A model generated the notes under the pieces. It worked only from the letters and a program-made list of their open reading frames with translations, made no database searches and was not told where the DNA came from. A DNA stretch of 64,000 nucleotides from Syncephalis fuscata S228 (Eukaryota; Fungi; Zoopagomycota): contig JAHLTZ010000006.1 of NCBI GenBank assembly GCA_025786725.1, forward strand, positions 744,001-808,000, read 5' to 3'. Both the position numbers and the translations under genes were made by a program. Below are positions 52,722 to 64,000 of the stretch, in pieces. The stretch's first letter is position 1; every line of letters begins with the position of its first letter.

Positions 52722-53345
52722 ATGGAGTGTCTACAAATAGCCCTTGTGATATATCAAACAGCATTGCGTTTAATAAATCTATTGGCGTATAGTTTTTTTT
52801 AGTTTGAGTAATGATTTGTGGTTCGAATTTAAACAATAAACATAAACTTAGATTATTTATTTAGAATTAAGTGAATCAATTTTCAATTATTACAGTAAAT
52901 GAATCTTGCTATCCTGTAGTTGTAAGGCAGAATAGCACTTAGTAATCAAATGAGCTGCAATTACAATACAATTTTTGCGCCAGCACCCGTGCACTAACTA
53001 TTTTAATAACAGATATCTGCATGAAAACGCTACCTTACCCCATATTTGTAGCACGGTTACACGCTATAACAAGTTTAAATGATTCACGTGGGAATACGCT
53101 ATTTGAGCAAGCGATTGCTTTTTATGTGCTGGGACTCAACTGATGTTTACTATTTTGCTTTTTATTACCACGTTTACCGCTGTACTTATTGAGCAACGTA
53201 AGAAAATTCAAAACGAATGCAAGACTACTATATAACTAACCTTCAGGTACTTGTAGCATGGTTTCCAGTCTTCTTTTTTACTTTTCGTTCAATTTTTTAT
53301 ACGCAGTGCAAATTTTACCTTTCCATTGAATTGAATATTGTCATA

Positions 53346-54588
53346 ATGAATCTTGGATACAAGCTTTTCCTGGCTGCTACAATCACTGCTTCTATACTTG
53401 TTTTTAACATTGACGATACTGTTAAAGCAACAGCATCAGAGGGAAAAGGCTCAAGTGTAAAACCAAAATATGTTCCATTGCCGAATGGACCAATTGGTTA
53501 CGATCCAGGTATAACGCTATACCAATGCCTATATTACAGTACTAATCCTATGACGCTGAATAGAAACACAAACTTTTTACGGACAAAAGCTCAACGAGCC
53601 AGATGCACTAGGTCGTTTTCACCTAAAGCTCAAGTATCATTTGGCAAGCCAACATCCAAATGTTCATGCCGCAGAAGGATTGCTTGGCCAGCGCAAAGTT
53701 AAGATTTATTGTGGTAATACTAATGATTTTGTAGACCCGTCGACACAAAATCAAGACAACTCTATTCTATTCTATAACGTATGTTTATATTTCATGTTTT
53801 TCATAATAGTTAACAGTGCAACTTTATTATAGAATTGTATAAAAACATCGTTTAATACGATTGAATACAAATGGGTCAGAGATATCGTTGGCTGTCCTTT
53901 AACGTATTTCCCAGTTCATCAAGGACATTTCTGCTATGCTGTTCCAAAAATATTGAATTCTTTTAAAATCAATCAAAAATTTGAGATGGACGATAGCCAT
54001 ACCATGTTAGACGTCAGTCTACATCAAATAATCAAAGATCTGGTTAAAGAACTCGTAATGGGTAGGTGTTATTTCACTATTACAAAAAAGTTTTGCTAAG
54101 CTAATTATGATTAGGTGTGGATTACTTGGCAAAAATTGGATTTTACAGTGACTTCAGAGACAATAGTAAGTTGGCTGTATATTTACTTTTACTTAAACGC
54201 TGACACGTCTATAAGATATCAAGGTTGCACGTTTCAAAGCTTTTGGTAGACGAAACTTTGTGCTCGCTGTTAGATTCGTCAATCCAGCGGCACTGAGGCT
54301 CATAAAGGCATATGACGACACCTATTTAATACCGGCCAAACAATGCTTATTAAATTCTATACCAAAAATACTAGCAATATAAAGCCGACTCCATCCCCAA
54401 TGGATATACAACGCATGGTCGACTCGGCCTTTGCTTCCATGTCCCAACCAGCTTTACGTACTTTTCTTGAAAGTCGTCTTGCTCCCTCACCTCCGCGAGG
54501 ATCGTCTCCGCTAAAACGCCTAGCCTTTCCTGAAAATCAGAAGAAAAAATTAAACAATGAAAGCAATGCTGCTACAAAACAAAATTAA
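53346..54588 (+). CDS. Secreted protein, distant paralog of the preceding gene (probable pseudokinase)
   Basis: Signal peptide MNLGYKLFLAATITASILVFNID; about 4 introns at comparable positions; VKIYCGN, HFCYAV and LVKELVMGVDYLAKIGFYSD. Confidence 0.7.
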
Positions 54589-55920
54589 ATATATTGCTAC
54601 AGCAAAGCAAGTCTAGCTTGTTTAATGGGAAATCAAATTTAAAATTAAATTAGATAATAAAAAACATCAATAACAACTATTACAAATTATTGTATATTCT
54701 AATATATTCATTATGTCCATTATCTGCAATTATATAGAGCACTGTCAATACTTAACGCATAAACTGGATGTGAAGTAAATATGTTTATTATTAGTATAAA
54801 AGGTCGCATTTATAAATAATAAATAAATAGCAGCGACTTTTTCATGCCTTTGTAAGCTGTGCATTATTAGCTGTAATATGTACGATCTGCCAAATACCAG
54901 TTTATTTAATAATATGTACGATAGTCCTAACGGCATAATGCAAACTAAATAACTAAATAGCGTTTTAGAATATTTGCTATAACTATCCTCTACTAAACCA
55001 ATTGGCATATAATAGCAACTATGTTTGGTGTGAGTAGTACTTAATATGATACAAATAGGCCAAACTGTAACTATATTAATAACAACTAAAATTGGCATTA
55101 TGTGCCGTAGTTGATATAAATAATGTACAATGATGACATTAGTGGCTAGTTCGAACCATAAATGGCGATGTATTTGCAAGGTATACCATATACCAACGGT
55201 CATGATGAGTTGTAAAGAAGCATTGTATTACTGCAATACAAGCGTTTCTGCGGCAATCCATGATAGTTACAAATACATCGTAGGTCATGATCGCACCTTG
55301 GATTTCGACCATTGGTCGTCGCGTAACTACAATTGATCTGAGTACATCTATTTTATACTGCCCTGTGCTAATTGTAATAATTACAAATACACACTAATAC
55401 ACTTTACGAATTAATCACTACAGAATATAGAATAAATATCTACACAAGGATAGTATTTATCTAGTTTAACTAGACACTCTTTCTATTAAAAATACGCTTA
55501 AATAATAGGTAGTACTAATTATCAAATTATTAAATTAGCAACACGTCCTAAGTATTAGCATATTATACATATTCATTTATCCTTTATCTCTTATTGTATA
55601 ATTTATGTTATAATAACGCACCTATTTATAGACTATTGATTAGTAATAACACCAATCCTTTTTTAATTGTAGATAATTTATATTTCAATTTATTAATAAA
55701 AGCTGATACGGCAACATAGATTTATGCATATTGTCCATTGGACTAAAATTCAGTAATGCCATTAATAATGATTAATAAAAGAGTAAGCTAAGATAAACAA
55801 ATGCGATTCATCTTTTTTGTCCTATCATTGACTCGCATCGATAGACACTAACCGATCACTAATAGGCACACGTATAAATGAGGATAAAACAAGAAAATAG
55901 AAATAAAGTAACGGTGCAAA

Positions 55921-58900
55921 TTAATCGGCAATCGCACACTCCATAAGTACGACTTCAAGGTCCTTCCAGCCACCACCGACCCGTACGCTTACGTTATCAC
56001 GTAACCGACTGGCAGGTGCACCAGCACCATAGCCATTCTTCGGTGGTGCTGATTGAGTGTCCATTTTGCAGAACCATACTTTGCCACCAAACGAATACCG
56101 ACCCGCACTTACTCGGCGTATAGGCACGCCAATAGGTGCGTTATTAGCAATAGCAGCTACACGAACATCCAACGGATCTTTACGATTAGGAATGTAGTTG
56201 ACACGTAGTTTTGGCGATGTTGCAGCAGCGGCAATTACCACCGCCTGTTCATCCAAATAGTTAGCATCGCTACTATGGTTCGAATGATGATCTGAATAGG
56301 AACGAGCTGATTTCGGTGATGATGCTTCATCATCGTTATCATCGCTACAACCTGTCGCGTTTGTATCGATAGTTGGTGGCGGCAATGGCGTGCCTGCACG
56401 ACCAGCAGCTATAGCATCTTTACCAGGTGCGTAGTAACGTGCAGTGGCCGAGAATAATGAAGGGGCCGGTCGACTAATGGACCCTTCATTAATATCAGTC
56501 TGTTCAAGCGATTCGCGTCGGCCCATTGATGAAGCGGGGCGAATAGCACCAGCTGCATTACGTACATTTGCTGGTATAGGTGTCGATCGGCCATAGCCAC
56601 CTAGCGATGAAGCCGGTCGTGGTGCCGATAAATTAGCCGTCAATCGAGCTGGCATTGGACTGGCTACTGTAGTATGACGACCAGCCGATATACGTGGCAC
56701 AGGTAATGGTGGCGATCGTGGACCTGATGCAGAACGCACTGCCATAGAGGTAGATGCTCGAGTGATAGCTGCACCATGGCTGCTGCGACGTGCATGTACC
56801 GGAGCTGGTGATAGACTATTCGATGTGCTTGAATAACGATCCATTGATGAAGCTGGCCGTGTATCGCGTGAAGCAGCTGTTGTGCTCAGAAATCGCCCTG
56901 GTGCTGTACGGCTATGGGGTAATGGTGAAATAGCACGTGTTGACGCTCTCTGCTGTGGCGGCTGCTGTTTATTACTTGGTGTCGAACGTAATTGATAAGC
57001 TGACGATTGATGGCGTAATACACGAGCACTTGTATTACTAGGTGGGGCTGGCGATGCAGTTCGTGTAATACGTTGACGTGTATTAACATCCGCACTTGGC
57101 GTTTTAGGACGGCGTGTGTTAACATCAGCACCTGGCGTTTTAGAACGACGTGTAGTAGATACATCAGGTGTGTAGGATCGTTGTCTGGCTGATGTAGCTG
57201 CTCTTGCTGTGGGTGCTGCAGATGCACGACCCGACGTTGGTACAGGAATAGACAGTAGATTTGGATTAGGCGTCGAGCGTACGGTATGACTGGTGGCCGG
57301 TCGATTAGCCATCATAAATCCTGGCTGTTTCAAACGAGAGGGCGTCTTTGGCCGTGCTGCCCGTGAAGTGCTTCGTTCTTCTTGGCTGCTATCGGAATGG
57401 CGTGATGGCGATGTACCACGCGACAATGAAGCCAGAATCGATAACTCTGGATATAGATGTGTTTCATCTTCTTCACTATCTGACATGGCTTGTTTTGCCT
57501 TGCCATCTGCCTCCAATTTATCAAGTTCCTGTTGAAGCATATCCACATCCCACATCACTTCCTGTACCTGCTCCCATGACTGTTGCATGTCAGTATAACG
57601 TCGCATCACTTCACGATCGCCTGATTCATTTGCTTCATCTTCAGACTCATCAGGTGTTGCTAAATGTTGCGATGTTGGACGCGATGTACTACCTTCCTTT
57701 GTTGCCATAATACTTGATGATAATAAATGAAGTAGCTTCTCAACAGCTGGCGTGTAATGCTTACGTTTAGCTTGGAATTCAGATAGTGATTGCTTTGCTT
57801 CAGCCGTCATACCAGCCGCAGCATTGGTATATCCCTTCTTGAAATGCTCTTCACAATCACGAAGTGATGTATGGCAGCGTGTTGCTACATTACGTAGTGT
57901 AGAAAGTAACTCATCTAATTGGCCGGCAATGGCCGTAAATGTATCATGACGTCGATTGGCAGCCGCACGTGCACCTTTGAGTGTATTACGTATTGTTCGG
58001 ACACGCGCTTCCAGTCTTTCGTGTATACGCGCATTAGCTGGTGGCATTTCTCTTACCCGTCTTTCAAGGGCAACTAAACGCATTTCAAGTGCATCCAACG
58101 TACCAGCGTTGGTATTACTTGCCCCTAAGGATCGTGTTACATCGACATCGAGTGCATGAAAGATATTCTCCGTTTCTTGGTCACGTTCTTGAATTTCAAC
58201 GGCCAGCTTACGTGCTGTAGATACTCGTTCACGCAAATCACGCCAACTACGCTCAAGTAGATCACAGTCCGTCTCTATTTGATCAGCGGTAACCCCGGCC
58301 ATCGTCTCCAGCTGTAATCGACGTTTAATATCTTTTCCAAGACTGGTAAGACTTTCCATCTGCAAGGTAAAGCGATTAACAGACACGACCAATGCTGCCG
58401 TGCCATCCAGATCTTCTTGTGAGCCAAGTCCACCTGCTTCTAATGAGGCAAGTGCTACGGTAGTTGCGCCTAGCCATAGATTAACTTCTTCTTGGCCAGT
58501 TCGGAACTTGTCCATAAGATCGTTTAGCGATACTTCGGTGCGTGTAGGCATTTCGCTAATAGAATCGAATTTAGCTCGTAATTCATTCAGTGTTCTGGCC
58601 GACACCATAACCTGGCTTTCAGTACGCTTATGTTGTCGATGCCGCCCATGGCTGCTTGTAGTAGAAGAAGGCTGTGACGAAGCATGTTCATTAGAGAAAG
58701 TTGAATTAATCAAAGTATTTAGCGTTCCGGTCGATATGGCATCCTCCAAAGCTAATTTACTACTGCTAACGACCGAATGAATAGAAGCCGACTCTGAGGT
58801 AGCCATGGTGGTGGTGGTGTTGACCGTGTCACTGTTACTCGCTTGACTCGACACTTCCGAGTCGTTACCAGTCAGAAATGACGACGAGGCCCTTAATAGA

Positions 58901-58935
58901 TTGACCAATGGCGGTGATGGCTCTGCAAGTGCCAT
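55921..58935 (-). CDS. Kar9-like helical protein with C-terminal GAR (GAS2) microtubule-binding domain, intronless
   Basis: Spectrin-like helical N-half including KRKHYTPAVEKLL, a basic S/P/R linker, and C-terminal DPLD..VAAI..GRYSFG..VRVGGGWKDL. Confidence 0.85.
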   Translation of the reverse strand: MALAEPSPPLVNLLRASSSFLTGNDSEVSSQASNSDTVNTTTTMATSESASIHSVVSSSKLALEDAISTGTLNTLINSTFSNEHASSQPSSTTSSHGRHRQHKRTESQVMVSARTLNELRAKFDSISEMPTRTEVSLNDLMDKFRTGQEEVNLWLGATTVALASLEAGGLGSQEDLDGTAALVVSVNRFTLQMESLTSLGKDIKRRLQLETMAGVTADQIETDCDLLERSWRDLRERVSTARKLAVEIQERDQETENIFHALDVDVTRSLGASNTNAGTLDALEMRLVALERRVREMPPANARIHERLEARVRTIRNTLKGARAAANRRHDTFTAIAGQLDELLSTLRNVATRCHTSLRDCEEHFKKGYTNAAAGMTAEAKQSLSEFQAKRKHYTPAVEKLLHLLSSSIMATKEGSTSRPTSQHLATPDESEDEANESGDREVMRRYTDMQQSWEQVQEVMWDVDMLQQELDKLEADGKAKQAMSDSEEDETHLYPELSILASLSRGTSPSRHSDSSQEERSTSRAARPKTPSRLKQPGFMMANRPATSHTVRSTPNPNLLSIPVPTSGRASAAPTARAATSARQRSYTPDVSTTRRSKTPGADVNTRRPKTPSADVNTRQRITRTASPAPPSNTSARVLRHQSSAYQLRSTPSNKQQPPQQRASTRAISPLPHSRTAPGRFLSTTAASRDTRPASSMDRYSSTSNSLSPAPVHARRSSHGAAITRASTSMAVRSASGPRSPPLPVPRISAGRHTTVASPMPARLTANLSAPRPASSLGGYGRSTPIPANVRNAAGAIRPASSMGRRESLEQTDINEGSISRPAPSLFSATARYYAPGKDAIAAGRAGTPLPPPTIDTNATGCSDDNDDEASSPKSARSYSDHHSNHSSDANYLDEQAVVIAAAATSPKLRVNYIPNRKDPLDVRVAAIANNAPIGVPIRRVSAGRYSFGGKVWFCKMDTQSAPPKNGYGAGAPASRLRDNVSVRVGGGWKDLEVVLMECAIAD

Positions 58936-60016
58936 AGATACTAGAAAAGAGTTTTGATAAAGGTGGTTCTGTAAGAATGCAAACAAAAAGCACGAAATTC
59001 TCGTTAGAGTGAGTTGAGTTGGTTAGAGACGGCGCATATGACCACGCTAATATTGAAGTTATCAAGGTTAATTTTCAACAAAAGTCCGCAGACATCAAAG
59101 AAATAGAATTTAACAGGCCAAAATGGTCGTTCAGTATGCAATGAGTAAAAAGGAATAAAAGAAAGAAGGGATATAAGAGTAGAAGAAAGAAGAGGGAAAG
59201 ATAGAGTGCTTCAAGTACGCTACAACTAACAACCAACTAAACAACAAAAGCCAGAGATGAAGGCAGTAGTGTATAAGCGACTGTACGTAAGGAGTTACCA
59301 ATAATAAATAATAGAGGAACAATGGTAATAGTGACCTATGATCATTATTACACCGCTCCACTATAATTGATATTACTATTAATACTGACACCAATAGGCC
59401 TGCTACTGTGGTGTAGCAATATGACTATGCAGCTGTTGATCTCTTACACCTGCTACTACGTTGCTACAGCTATTGTTGTGGCTAGTATCAGTCAAGGAAA
59501 AGGGGAGGAGAGCAAGGCGGAGTTCAGTGCAGTGTATTCGAGAAACAAACGGCCCCTTAAACACGCTCCGTTTGAAATAGTAAAGCAATATTTCTGTTAA
59601 TAGTGACTTACATTAATAATAATAGTAATATGTAGTATAATAATAGTAATGTAGTGCTGCTGTATAATGTTTATGGCACGGGATGATAAAAACAAGAAAT
59701 GAATGTAGACGCGAATAGAACAAAAAGTAAGAGTGGGTGGATGTTAGAACACATGTGCAACAGTGTATTTATTCTTGGAGTCATTTAGTTTGTTACTAGA
59801 TAAGCTTTTGGCTCTGTATTTCCTCCCTTCCTTCCATATACATTGACATGTATTTGTATGTATATTACTGTTTATGTGGGTGGGTGTGTAGATCACTAAG
59901 TAGTGTGTGTGTGCAGCCTATCATAATGGTCAACGTGGTAACAGTTACATTCAAAGTTAAACTGTGAATTTAAATATGAACACGTGGTTTACAACTTTTG
60001 CATTTTTATTTTCATA

Positions 60017-61351
60017 ATGAATAAACAGCAACAGCGTCAATCGCTTGCTTTACGACAAAAACAGCAGCTAAAAGCTGTAAGTAAATAGATATATAGTGTA
60101 TTTAATGAATAGAATCCTTTCTAATTCATTGTAACTAGGCATTGGCTAAAACGGCAGCTAGAGATGCAGCACGTAAAGCAGGTGTCGCTATAACTACCGA
60201 ATCAGCTCGGTCAACAAAGAAAGCGGTCGTTGAAGCGGTAGAAAGTAAACCAGCAGTGGCCAGTGCTACCGATACTAAAAAGCGAAAGCACAATGAAGTA
60301 AATTGCTGTATATTTATATACTGTATTAATTAATAGATGTGTTAGAAAGCGGAAAATACTAATAAAAATAAACGATCAAATAATCCAGCCATTCTACAGC
60401 TAAAAAAGAAGAGCCACATCAATAAGGATAAGAGGGATGATGGTGATGATGCACAATTAACGCCACTTCAACAAAAGATGAAAAAGAAGTTGCAAGGGGC
60501 ACGTTTTCGTTGGCTTAATGAACAATTGTATACATCGCCTGGTGATACTGCATTTAAACTGTTTTCTGACCAGCCAGAATTATTTGATCAGGTAAGAAAA
60601 TATTGATATATATATAAACACTTATACAATGCTGTCTGTTAAAGTATCACGAAGGATTTCGGCTACAAGTAACGGAATGGCCAGAGAATCCGTTAGAACG
60701 CTATATAGCCGATTTACAATCGCGTACTGAAAAGTTGACAGTAGCTGATATGGGCTGTGGGGAAGCGATGTTAGCACTGCGTGTCGGCGATGCACATAAG
60801 ATTCATTCGTTTGATCTAGTAGCCGGCAATGAGCGTATTACAGCGTGTGATATTGCAAATGTACCATTAGCTGACAACTCCGTTGATGTTGTAATATTCT
60901 GTCTATCGTTAATGGGTACCAATTTTATTGATTTTATAACCGAAGCTATACGTATTCTACGTTCAGGGTAAGAAAAGTGTCGATGATAGATAGTTGTATT
61001 AATCATTACTACAGCGGACAGCTTAAGGTGGCCGAAGTAATTAGCCGGTTTACAAATGTTGATCAGTTCGTAGCAATATTAGCTTCTATGGGATTGAAAT
61101 TGGAGCGTAAAGTACGAGTATAGATCAAACAAATATATTAATAATGGACAAATACTAATGCAGAATGTGTATAGGATTCAAAGAATAAGATGTTTATATT
61201 TTTTGACTTTGTGAAAGAGACTAGCGATATCGCAAATACGGCAATTGGAAAATCTATCAAGCATACATCAAAGCAAAAGAGACCAAAAGAAAAGAATGGC
61301 ATTGGTAGCGACAAGGCTATACTTAAACCGTGTATTTATAAGCGACGATAA
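60017..61351 (+). CDS. RRP8: 25S rRNA adenine-N1 methyltransferase RRP8
   Basis: GARFRWLNEQLYT, YHEGF..QV..WPENP, VADMGCGEA, IFCLSLMGTN, LKVAEV.SRF, LKPCIYKRR*. Confidence 0.97.
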
Positions 61352-62877
61352 ACAATATTAATATTATCGATTAATAATAAAAGAGATCATCGCATAGATA
61401 TTGAATAACATTGATATATTGACAAAAAGTAGGATTTGTATATTATTATAAAGCAAATAGTCTATTAATGTATAGTCGATATTTACTTAATTAGTAACCA
61501 TATAGTTGGTGGCAGTATCTAGACCTCACAGTGTTATAAGCGAGATTGATGATAATAACTTGCATGCAAATTTATAGATATTTATAAATTAACTAAGTGT
61601 CGCTATTACCCAGTTAATCAATGGATTAGTATAGATACAGTCATGGTATAGCTACTAATTATTCAAAAGTATGTTTGATGTAATAGTTTCTATCCTTGTA
61701 TTTAAAACTATAGCAGCAATACTTACTTGTGGTCTAGCATTTGCATATGTCATAAAATGCTATTAATCGCATGTATATTATTGTCACATTATGCAATACT
61801 TCAAGCTATCTATGATTTCATTACGTCAATTTTAGTCATATCTGGAATATGGCAAGTCATTCTTTGCCATGAACACTGGCTAGCATAGAAACTTTTGTGT
61901 ATCTCCTTTGCTCTTGGGTCGAGTACCCATTAAGTTAATCGTTGCAAATCTGTACATAATTCAACGCATTAAACCAATAAGCCCAGCATGGCTATGCAAA
62001 TGTGACATACAAGGCTGCACGTAACCGGAAATCTGTATACCGCTAACATGACTATACATGTGACATCAACAAATATTTGTCTCTCAACGAATATAAACCA
62101 GTTTCTATCCTTGTATTGAATCGCCATAAAGTGAATTTTTATCCATTCCGGCAATTAATTGCTAAAGTGAACAAGGATAAAAGTGAAGTAGCCGTAGTGC
62201 TGCATTATGCATGTACAGTTTATGAGTTGTAATTGGTATTGCTATTAGGCGATTATGTGCTAGACCAGTTTGGCCTTGATTTCAAAAACAATGATGGCAA
62301 TGATGTTTTTGAGCACAGTATTTTTATTACTGATAGTGTTATTATTTGTTTAGTTAATGATAAAAAATTATGAATAAAACAAATCAGTATAATAATATAA
62401 TAATATACAAATTAATTAAATGTGATTACAGTATTGGTAAAATGAAATATAATAAAATTAGTGAAATCTATTAATTGGCCGTAACTAGTTATAAATCCGA
62501 AATATGCAATATGGGGCGAATTAATGGCAAAAACATTTACGCGAGTAATGTTACTGCCTTACCCTGACGATCAACTTGTATTGTAGTAGCAACCATAGTC
62601 GAGCATTGTGAATTTAAACGAAAACCTGTTCCAAATGTATTGAATGCACTGCTGCTAGTGTACATTCCCTCGATAAAACATCGCTATTTGGCTAGGGTCT
62701 ATGAAGTAAATACTTACCAAATTATATATAAATAGCCCAATATTTGTATGGATAATTGGATATTATTATACCAAATACCATTCTGCCTTCTACTGTTTAC
62801 TTTCTCTTAATTTTCTTATATTTCTATAATTAGGCCATTTATACTTAGTATATTGTTTTTAGTAATTCAAGATTATC

Positions 62878-63072
62878 ATGAAGGCTAACATTATTGCTAT
62901 CTGCGCTGTTGCTATCTTCCTTGTAAGCAGCATAGCTATCGTCGATGCTAAGCCGGTAGAAGGCTCGGAAGAGAGAATACGTGAATTCTGCGCAATGTTT
63001 GATGGACACACCGTAAATGATGTTGAGATTGCCAACGAATGGATGAACAAATGCCCAAAGCGTGGATTTTAA
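62878..63072 (+). CDS. Small secreted peptide (64 aa, two Cys in the mature part)
   Basis: Signal peptide ending VDA|KP, ATCATG start context, and an upstream TATATAAA at ~62725. Confidence 0.8.
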   Translation: MKANIIAICAVAIFLVSSIAIVDAKPVEGSEERIREFCAMFDGHTVNDVEIANEWMNKCPKRGF

Positions 63073-63476
63073 TAATCACCAAAAAGAAAACCAGCCTATA
63101 TCATGAAATCCAAGCAATGATTATAAATTTTAAAACGGATTAATTACATGACTATTGAGGTGGCCATAAAAGACTGTCTATGCACACACTCTTCTTATCC
63201 AGCTATCCAGTTTATTCAACGCTACTTCTTATAATATTAATCCATAGCGAAATAATTTTAGCTAGTTTAGCTCATTGTATTGGTTGACTTTTATAAATAA
63301 ATTAATATATAATTTCACATTGCCTTTATGTCTGTAGTAAATTAAAAGTGTTATATATTATTTATGATAGCACATCTCTACAACTATATTTAATTAACTT
63401 TTATTTTATTGTTTTGCTTAATAGTGTACAAACATAGCAGTCATTTATTGACTCTTTTAACAGTTTACATTTGACA

Positions 63477-64000
63477 TTAGAATCTTTTTACAAGCGACAG
63501 CATCACTGTAATATCATCAGGTTTTCTAACAGAAATTAACGCACGCACTTAATAGTAAATAATCGACTTACCCGCCCATCGGATAGCCTGCATCAAAATC
63601 ACGCGCTGCCTGTGCCCAAGGGGACAAACGGCGTGGATCCTGTGAAAAATTCCACGAAGTCTGTACTAGTCTCCAGGCCACGCGACACAGTGCATCCTCC
63701 AGCTCAGAATCCCATCGGCGTGATTCGGTCAGTATTAGTGGCTCGGTTTCTATTACCTGTATTACTTCATTCTCGTATATATTGTCCATAAAGCCGTCAG
63801 AAGCCAATATAACCAAATCTCCATCCTGTAGCTGATGACTATCAGGAGCAGCATCTTTAGGTAGAATTGGGCCATTTTTAATCGCTAGTTCAGCCACATC
63901 TGCTTCATTTGGCTCGTCAGTAGATGGTGCCGCAATATTGTTTGCATTATTAAAAATCGTTTGCCTAATCGACAATTGATATGGATAGTTGAATCGATGC
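63477..64000 (-). CDS. PTC7: PP2C-family phosphatase PTC7-like, 3' part only
   Basis: HRFNYPYQL, LQDGDLVILASDGFMDN, SPW..A, GG|KPDDITV. Confidence 0.92.

Noticed and set aside
54745-55336. Third secreted-kinase relic (EALYY..IHD..LDFD)
   Set aside because: The motif resemblance is too weak and no signal exon was found.
1-64000. tRNA, rRNA or other ncRNA genes
   Set aside because: None recognisable by eye; tRNAscan-SE or Infernal would be needed to exclude them.

Overview
Eukaryotic, AT-rich DNA dense in short introns (~45-85 nt, GT/GC-AG, CTAAY branch points) from an early-diverging fungus. The gene content suggests a Zoopagales mycoparasite such as Syncephalis (inference). The window holds about 19 genes: a P450, two tandem 7TM receptors, a C2-lipase, a secreted 5'-nucleotidase, myosin I, a two-finger GATA factor, two LaeA-like methyltransferases, a stand-alone ABC ATPase, an MT-A70 protein, a CAMK/Chk2-like kinase, DNA pol kappa, two secreted kinase-like proteins, a Kar9/GAR protein, RRP8, a small secreted peptide and a partial PTC7. 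It also carries decayed Ty3/gypsy relics and a ~325-bp dispersed repeat. The standout, invisible in the ORF track, lies at the left end. A minus-strand secreted-peptide gene has a signal-peptide exon (1825-1729) followed by an array of 3-nt (and one 6-nt) micro-exons. These are separated by tandemly duplicated ~80-nt introns with intact splice signals, giving a schistosome MEG-like micro-exon gene that runs off the window edge. Single-base frameshifts in conserved genes point to assembly indel errors. All exon boundaries were read by eye and some are approximate.
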